NCBI GenBank assembly: GCA_028023455.1
Contig: JAQFVV010000004.1
Span: forward strand, 26,412,001-26,476,000
DNA from: Epiperipatus broadwayi
Lineage: Eukaryota > Animalia > Onychophora
Direction of reading: 5' to 3'
DNA: 64,000 nucleotides
In this document: one piece after another, positions 56,036-64,000 of the stretch
Numbering within the stretch: the stretch's first letter is position 1
Layout of the letters: each line of letters begins with the position of its first letter
The notes under the pieces: model-generated
The model's database searches: none
What the model was told of the DNA's origin: nothing
Seen by the model: only the letters and a program-made list of their open reading frames with translations
Program-made: the position numbers and the translations under genes

Positions 56036-56340
56036 GACATAACATAAAAGTAATTCCAAAGGGGCATTTTTTTATGCTTCAATCTGATTCAGCAAAATTT
56101 ATTTTCTAGTTTTGCTTTCTTTTCATTATTTAAAAAAGGAAAACTTTTCCAATTTTGATGATATTTTAATTATAGATAATTTATCAATGATGCATTAATA
56201 AGAAAATCAAGTCATCCAGAGTTTCATCAAACTTTTATTGCTATCTGACAAATTCTATCAGGCAGAAAATTACTAAGGTTGAATGTATACATAAAGGAAG
56301 AATTATAATAAACAACTATCCGCTCAAATCCCTAGAGAAA

Positions 56341-56565
56341 GAGGAGATAAACATCACAATTTCCAATGCATTTCTAAGAACTGTTGACCATCTCAGTTAC
56401 CTGTTTGACCTAATTATTCCAAAATAAACATTTGACTGCTGGATGATTTTGAAGGAGGAGATAAACATCACAATTTCCAATGCATTTCTAAGAACTGTTG
56501 ACCATCTCAGTCACCTGTTTGACCTAATTATTCCAAAATAAACATTTGACTGCTGGATGATTTTG
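56341..56565. repeat. Recent tandem duplication, 114-bp unit x2 (one visible mismatch)
   Basis: gaggagataaacatcacaatttcc...ggatgattttg at 56341 and 56455. Confidence 0.9.
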
Positions 56566-58559
56566 TCAAGAGGAAATCTAGACTGCTGCAATTGCTTAAG
56601 ATTTTTTTAATAAAGATAACCGGTTTATAACTAATATTTAGATAGATGTGCATACAATTTTTTTTCTCTTTTTGTTGTTATTTTACGTGTTTTAATTTTT
56701 TTTTAATGTTTTCAATTTAAAAAAAAAAAAGAAAATTGACTTTTAGAATAGGTATGAAATTTGGTATTTTTATTATATACATATTTGTTAAGTAGTAAAG
56801 TTAAATTTAAAATTATATTGAAATATCATATGGATAGACTGTCTAGATGATTAAATTACTTTAATACTTTTTCATATATATATAACTTATTTCATTAATT
56901 TTTGAGAATACATTCAAAGGTTAAATAATCTGGTAATGGTTTTTTAAAATTAAAGTGATATATGTAAGATTCAATGGACTTGAGGAAAGTCATTTTATAA
57001 GTATGCATTTGAAAATTAGTAGCTCTTAGAATTATTGTGTTGTTTATTTATTAGATCCCTATTAAGTATTAATGAACTTGAAGCATCACATAAATCTATA
57101 TGGATATAATAATGCTTTGGTCTTATTTAAACATTTTGATACTAAACAGAAAAGAGGATTTCCTGGGGATAATTTATATTTAGTTATTTATGAAGATGTT
57201 CAAGAAGAATATATATATATTTAGATTAGATAGATTTTATTTACATAATTGGAGAAATAGTAAGTATTCACCTAAGGAATAGATTCCACAATATTTTGAA
57301 TTATCTGACTATCAGTGAACTAAAGTAATATATTATATATTTATTCAAATATATCAATGTTAATTAATTAGATGTGATGTTAATGAATTATCTTGAAAGC
57401 TTCTGTAATGAAATGGCTATTATTTTTATCATTGTTATTCTTATATAAATGCATGAACTAATTTTTATTTATTTATAAATTGATTTCATTTTAATATTTT
57501 TTAAAGACTACATCACTTGTCAAAGGTTGTGGGTCATGTTATAGTGACTTATTTATTAGTTTATTTACTTTGCATTGAAAATATTGAAACAATATTTAAA
57601 CTTTTTTTTATTATTTTAATGCATGACTACATTATTGAATATTAAAAAGATAGTGGAATAGATTATTTATATTTTATTTAATCATTCAAAATATAATCCA
57701 GATTTAATAAAATGTCCTTTGTTTCTGAATTTTATTGAACTAATATTTTGAGTCTCATTAATGTATTTGTAAAATTTAGTTTTGAAGTTATAAATTCATA
57801 ACTTAGAATCATTAGGCTGGAATTCATCCATTTTTTATCACTTAAATTTTGGCTTACCCAGTTCATGCAGTGTAATAGATAAGTGCTACTCCATTCCTCA
57901 TATATTTATCATTGCAATTTTGGCATCTACATCTGACAGGCTGAATTTTCTTTTTTTTTCTTCTTTTCCTATGTATTTATTTCTATTTTAATATATCATA
58001 CCATTTATATCTTTCCTAAACACTTTATGAATACTCTTTGATTATATCAAAACTAACAGTTTTGACTGTCCTGTAGTCATCATCAGAGCTACAATATTTA
58101 AATATATAATTAATACAATTATACACATATTCATATATATAATTGAATACACAATATAAACAAAAATAAATAAACATTTTAACCTGACCATTATATAATC
58201 ATTTCCCATTTTATTACTTTACTCTTAATTAATTCTATCAATATTTATTTTATATCACTTTATTTTTTATTTTTTTTATTATTATTTTTAAAAATTATTA
58301 TTTATTATAATTATAAACTTTATTATTTATTCTACTATTTAATTATTGTCATTTTTATAATACAAGATGGAAGAATGGGGCATCATAAAAATGTGCTTTA
58401 TCATTTAATAATCCCTTGGTTGTTATGAGGAAGGCAGATTGATTAGTTCATATATGTCTCAACACTAGGTTTTTAATCACTGAACTAACTATCCCAGAAC
58501 ATGAAGTTCTGCCTAAAATGCATGAATCATTAGTTAATTGTAATGGGAAATTTTTTTTT

Positions 58560-60700
58560 ATCATGGTGGATTTAACAGCCAGTTACTGGCAAATTTTCTG
58601 CACCACAATAATCAGAAGTATACTGCATTTAAGTATAAGGAGCAGTCTTATGTATTCCAGCAAATGCTCTTTGCTATGAACAACAGTGGTAACAACCTTG
58701 TTCATTATTTGGACAGAATTTTGTCAGAGCATGTAAAAAACAATAGTGTTGTATATGTTGATGACATTATCATTGTCTCAGAAAATATGACAGAGCATTT
58801 CCAGCATTTATAGGCTTTCTTGAGTGAATGCCAGTAAAAAAATATTAAAATAAATCTTAAGAAGAGTACTATTGCTTTTGAAGAGATTGCATTTTGGGGA
58901 CACATTATATGAGAACAAGGTGCCAGGCTCCATCCTGATAAAATTATGGCCATCCAAGAAATTCCAATGCCTGAGAATATAAAGCAACTACCTCCTTTCT
59001 TTGCTCTGTGTAATTTCTATCATAGTTTTTACAAAAATTTTGCTTGAGACTCAATTCAATTATCCCATTTATTAAAAAAAAGGAAGAAAAGTGGAAATGG
59101 TTGGTAATATACACAGATTAATTTAATTTTAGTAAGTTAAAATTTTTAAATGAGGTTATATTGAACTATACAGATTTCAATAAATAATTTTTCATTCAGA
59201 TGAATAGCAGTTGTTTCAGATTAGGAATAGTATTTTTTCAGATAATGAACCACAGTTACTTAAGTAATGAATGTTTAATATGATAGGAAATGTTTCTACG
59301 GTAATTTGAATATACTGTTAAATCTTGTCCAGGCAATATGTCATCACTGATGTATTAAGCAGAAACCAAGATAAATTAGAAAACCAGTATCTTGACTTGG
59401 AAAATATATTTGTTACTATGATTTCATTGATGGTCAATGATTCCATGAAAAAGGAGCTAAAAAATTGAATAATTTACAATTGCAAGATCATGAATTGAAT
59501 CTTATTATTAATCAGGTTTTAAAAGAATGTAATCAATAAAAATCAGTCATTCAACAACCAATAAAAAATTTCCACATTACAAATTTCAAAGTTAATAAAG
59601 ATGATAAGTTATGGAATATTGTTAATTCCACTCATTTGAGAGAAAAATTAATTTATTATGTACATTGTTTGCATAGGCATTATGGACTTAGAAAAGTGGA
59701 ACACATAGTGTGCAGACTGTTCTAATTGTCTAGAACAGTGGTCTTCAACCTTTTCACACCTGTGGACTGGTAAAAATAAGCATAAGGTGGTGTGGACCAG
59801 CAAAAATAAGGATAAGATTTCGCAGACTGGCAGAAGTCTATAGATAAATTTTCTTAAAGATAAGCATAATTGTTATAACTGATCAAAACAACAATGTTAA
59901 ATATATAAGATAAAGTTTTATATATATGGAGTTTATATAAAAAAAAAACATTTTTTAAATTTTTTTTAGAAAAGTAATAAAAAATGTAATTCTACCCCCC
60001 CCCCCCAATAAACATCTGTGATAACTAGAAAAACAAATTAATTTATGAATGATTGATTAGATTTTGTTTTCGTTCTGTTTTCTTTTTTTTTTTAATTGGG
60101 TAAAAATGAGATGAAAAAATAAATAAAAATTGGCTATATTAATTAAAAGTTTAAAATCTTATTTATTATTACAAACTTTTTACTGCCCATCTAGCATGCG
60201 GACCTGCAGAGAAGTTCTGCAGCCCAGCACTGGGCCACAGACCAAGGGTTGAAGAACACTGGTCTAGAATGTATGCATCCATAATAAATCATCTGCAATC
60301 ATATGAAATTTGTTTTATAACTAAATTTTTACATCACTCTTATGCAAAAACTTTTAGCCAACTTTGCCTAATAAAACAAATCAGATTTGGCAATAGATTA
60401 TTATGAGCCTCTACCATTGTACCATCATTTTAAATTTATTCTGGTAGCTTACATTCGCTTTTCCAAGTATGTCTTGGCATATCCAGTACAAAAATATACA
60501 AAGCAAAATGTGACAAGGTCATGAAAACCTTTCAATTTACATTGATTGTAAAATTTTCTGAATCCATTAGACCATGCTATCTTATCCATGCAGTCAGAAT
60601 AGAAAGATTGACTCAAACTTTAAAACATCAAGCATATATTGATCTCTATTCATAATCTGCAGTCTAATCACTATGGAAGTCATGAGAAAGCTTAGTACAT
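58560..60700 (+). pseudogene. Gypsy pol remnant (RT, RNase H, integrase) interrupted by a MITE
   Basis: TAFKYKEQSYVFQQM...VYVDDIIIVS (58751-58780)...FWGHII...HPDKIMAIQEIPMP, and later LAIDYYEPLP...FILVAYIRFSKYVLAYP. Confidence 0.85.
59736..60261. mobile_element. hAT (Charlie-like) MITE with perfect 8-bp TSD
   Basis: TIRs cagtggtcttcaacc / ggttgaagaacactg. TSD GTCTAGAA at 59728-59735 and 60262-60269. Confidence 0.95.
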
Positions 60701-61429
60701 AGAAAAAAACATCAAGGCTGGGTGAATCAGGTGAAACAATTAAATAGAGCTTGAATTTTACACCTATGTGATTACACTTTAGTTGTAAAAAGCCTATACT
60801 GATCAATACTTCATTACCTACTATTCAGGAACGAGTCTCTTTTTATGCAGTAGATATGTTCCACAGAAAACCTGCATTAAAAAAATCGCACAAAAATAGA
60901 CTTAACTTACCTTGAAAAATTTGGGATACGTTTCATAATTTTTGAAAATTGCATAAAATCAAAGCAACAAGGTAAAATTACTTTAAAATTTGTATAAAAA
61001 AAGGAAATAAAGTATGACTAATAAAAAATTTCAAATATTTGAAAAAAATTGATACAAGACAAACTTTTTTTACTTTTTTTATTAGCTATTTAATTTTATT
61101 CAAAACAATATGTTTTTATATGTAATTTATTTTGCATTTTTTCATATATATTTTAAGCATTATCGCTATTTGACAATATGCAGTTTGTTTGTGAACTGGT
61201 AAGATATCAGACAATTATCGCCAACTTCAGTCTCATACAGTGTTAATGGTTTTCTGTTGACAATGTAATCAGTAATTAAAGTTTGAGGTGATGATTTTAC
61301 TAATTGTTTATGAAGCTCACGATATCCAGACTACTATGTCTAGCTGTTAGAGAATGCACTTCCACAAGTGCAACTACATATATATATAACATGTTTCCAC
61401 AAATGTGTTAGTCATGACTAATGGTTAAA

Positions 61430-61608
61430 TTTTCTTTTATACACATACACATGGAGAAACTTTTAGTTGAAAAAAGTTACAAGTAAAAATATTTAAAAAC
61501 TTTTAAAGATACATTATTTTTAAATAGAAATTTAAAGTTCTTAAATATTTTTACTTGTAACCTTTTTCTGTCTAAGAGTTTCTGCATGTATATATATATA
61601 AAAGAAAA
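61430..61608. repeat. Foldback element, ~78-bp imperfect arms
   Basis: ttttcttttata...gttacaagtaaaaatatttaa pairs with ttaaatatttttacttgtaac...tataaaagaaaa. Confidence 0.8.
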
Positions 61609-63198
61609 TATAAACATACACATACATAACACAGACATACAACTATTTAGCTCTCATTGGAATTTGGTTCATAATTCATGTTATTAACAAGAAAATGATT
61701 TTCCAATTGATTAGAAAGTTGTTTTTTTTGAAAACAAAAAATTTTATTAACAAAGTTTACATAGTTTCATGATCTGTTTTCATACATGGTATACTGCATA
61801 GCTGACTGCAAAAGCTCATAAGATCAAATGCTTGGTAGATCAATTCTGGACCAAGTCTCTTTGTATAATCATTATGGTGCAAGCAGCCAGTTCCTGGCAC
61901 ATATGCTCTTGACAAGATCTATGAAGGTCTTTGTGACTGTGGAGACTGAATGACCTAAAACACATTCACATCTGGTTAACCAGACTGCAAAGGTAAGGAA
62001 GAGAGAGAATCTGATAAGAGAAAAAATTCCTGTCTTGATGGCATTCCGGATATTTAAGGCCTTTCTGATGTCAGATATAATTTTCTCTGTGATAAAGGTT
62101 CTGATTTGGGAAAGAAATGGGAAGAAATGGACAATTATAAAACAAGTGCTGGATGGTTTCATTGGCAGTATTACATAGCTGGCATTGAGGATTGATTTTG
62201 GAAAATCCTCTTCCACACCAAGAAATGGTTAGTGGGTAAGAATGACATGTTGAGCTTTAAGATAAAGTCTATGTATTTTGATTCAACAAACCAGTTCTTC
62301 AATTTTTTAGCAATGGTTTATTGTCTATGCCCAAAGTGGTCAGGAGGGCAATCTGGTATTGAAATCTGAGGTTATAAGGTCTGCCAGTAGGTTGTTTTAC
62401 TTTCAAGGGAGATTTCAGATAGATTTGTCAGCTTGGTGACATGTAACCAAATAATTGTGGCCCATCTGTTTGCAAGAGGTGGTGGTTCTGTAGGTTCCAC
62501 TGGAGTGGCTAGGTTTAGTTCCAGCTGTTTTAAGTGAATTGCACATAGAACTACAATTGCCTTCTGTAGATAGATTGTTGAAACAGAGTACAATCCAAGT
62601 CCATTTAACTCTAGGCATCTGCATCTTACAAATGCTGATGGTAACAACCTTTCCATTCCACATGAGCTTTGTACACAGCGAGTTCATTAATGACTGAAAT
62701 ACTTTAGTAGGTTTAATTATGGGTAGATAATAATTCAATCTTGGAAACACCAGCATGTTGAGAAGGGCTACTTTGCCTGGCAGGGAAAGTGAGATTTGGG
62801 AGAAAGATCAACCACTTTGCTAGTTTTTTCCAAGATGGAGTGTTAGATGTCTTTTGCCATAGCAAGTCTGGACTTGGCCATGGGAAAACCGAGGAAGAGA
62901 TGCGGATCAGCTGTAAAGACTGATGGAATCACTGTGCCGGTGCTGATTTTCCACATGGAGGACTTGCTATAGTTGATGTTCAGATTTAGTTTCTTTGAAT
63001 ATTTAACAATGATTTGTGTGAGTGTTGGAAGGTGAGTTTTATCAGGGAGGAAGATGTGACATCATCAACATAGGTTATACGTCGTACATGATGTTTCAGG
63101 GCTGGCACAAAAATTCCAGGGAGTCTGCACTCTATCTCTGAGCATAGGATTTATATAGGTGATGAAGCAGAGAGTGGTGAGTGGAGATCCCTGGGGAA

Positions 63199-63273
63199 TG
63201 GAAAGATGAGGTCTGACACCATTGGAAAGATGAGGTCTGAAACCATTGGAAAGATGAGGTCTGAAACCATTGG
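63199..63273. repeat. 24-bp tandem repeat x3, in frame within RT (LSNGFRPH x3)
   Basis: tggaaagatgaggtctga(c/a)accat repeated; visible in ORF 63065-63607. Confidence 0.9.
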
Positions 63274-63690
63274 ACAGTCTTCCATCCAGTGACATAAAGA
63301 TAGATCTGTTCAAAAGCAGATTACCAATAATTCTGGTATAGATGCCAGGGACTTGATAGTCAAGGAGAATCTGGAGTAGGACAGTAGGTATGACAAAGTC
63401 AAAAGCCAAGGCAAAGTCAAGTTGAATAACTATAGGCTTGGATTTTCTGTCCAGTCTGATGTGTTCTACAAGAAGAAAATGCTGCACAGAATTTGTGGTG
63501 GAAAAGCCCTTATGTGCAAATTGATATGGTATGATGTGTGTGTAGAGTTGATCTTGGATTTTGTCCTTGACAATGGCCTCAATGATCTTGATTAGGAAGG
63601 TAATCATAGAAATACGGCCTTACATTGGAAAGGGTAGAGGGATTGATGGGATTTTTAGGAAAGGAACAAGGGCCACAGGATACAAGTTGA

Positions 63691-64000
63691 ATATTTTGAA
63701 ACTCTCCTGACAGACAATCTATCATATGCAGTACAATGGAGGCTGTGAAATGTTTGTGAAATCCTGGATGAACACTCAGAATAGGCCATGAGCTTTTGGA
63801 TTACCTGATTATATTTTGAAACTCTCCTGACAGACAATCTATCATATGCAGTACAATGGAGGCTGTGAAATGTCTGTGAAATCCTAGATGAACACTCAGA
63901 ATAGGCCACGAGCTTTTAGATTACCTGATTATATTTTGAAACTCTCCTGACAGACAATCTATCATATTGTGGCTGTGAAATGTCTGTGAAATCCTGGATG
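63691..64000. repeat. 120-bp tandem repeat, at least 2.6 copies, inside LINE copy B
   Basis: atattttgaaactctcctgacagacaatct at 63691, 63811 and 63931. Confidence 0.9.

Larger units (their letters stand above)
61723..64000 (-). mobile_element. L1/Tx1-like LINE (copy B), running off the window end
   Basis: QLDFALAFD, PQGSPLT, TYVDD, LMWNGK and CQLCNTANETIQHLFYNC (CCHC). AATAAA plus poly(A) at the 3' end (~61723-61750). Colinear with copy A. Confidence 0.9.

Noticed and set aside
1-64000. CRISPR arrays, rRNA genes or prokaryotic operons
   Set aside because: No regularly spaced repeat-spacer pattern, rRNA motifs or gene-dense coding. The sequence is eukaryotic repeat-rich DNA.

Overview
This is a strongly AT-rich, CpG-depleted eukaryotic (animal, probably invertebrate) window made mostly of transposable-element debris. 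I could not confidently identify a host protein-coding gene. Retroelements present are: a gag-only Ty3/Gypsy-type LTR element with paired LTRs and an ATAT TSD (2.0-7.8 kb), two Gypsy pol remnants, a Penelope-like remnant, two near full-length RTE LINEs, two L1/Tx1-like LINEs, a further 5'-truncated LINE and a very short tRNA-Gly-derived SINE family (3 copies). There are also hAT-type MITEs and several 180-210 bp foldback elements. The most notable feature is a 1.27-kb TSD-flanked insertion at 23457-24727, built from a 420-bp unit in inverted-plus-tandem arrangement. Each unit carries a minimal type I hammerhead ribozyme motif, so it looks like a Penelope-derived pLTR or retrozyme. A second, unrelated ~145-bp tandem/inverted family with a hammerhead-like core lies at 38.4-38.9 kb. 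All alignments and translations were done by eye, so boundaries without TSDs are approximate.
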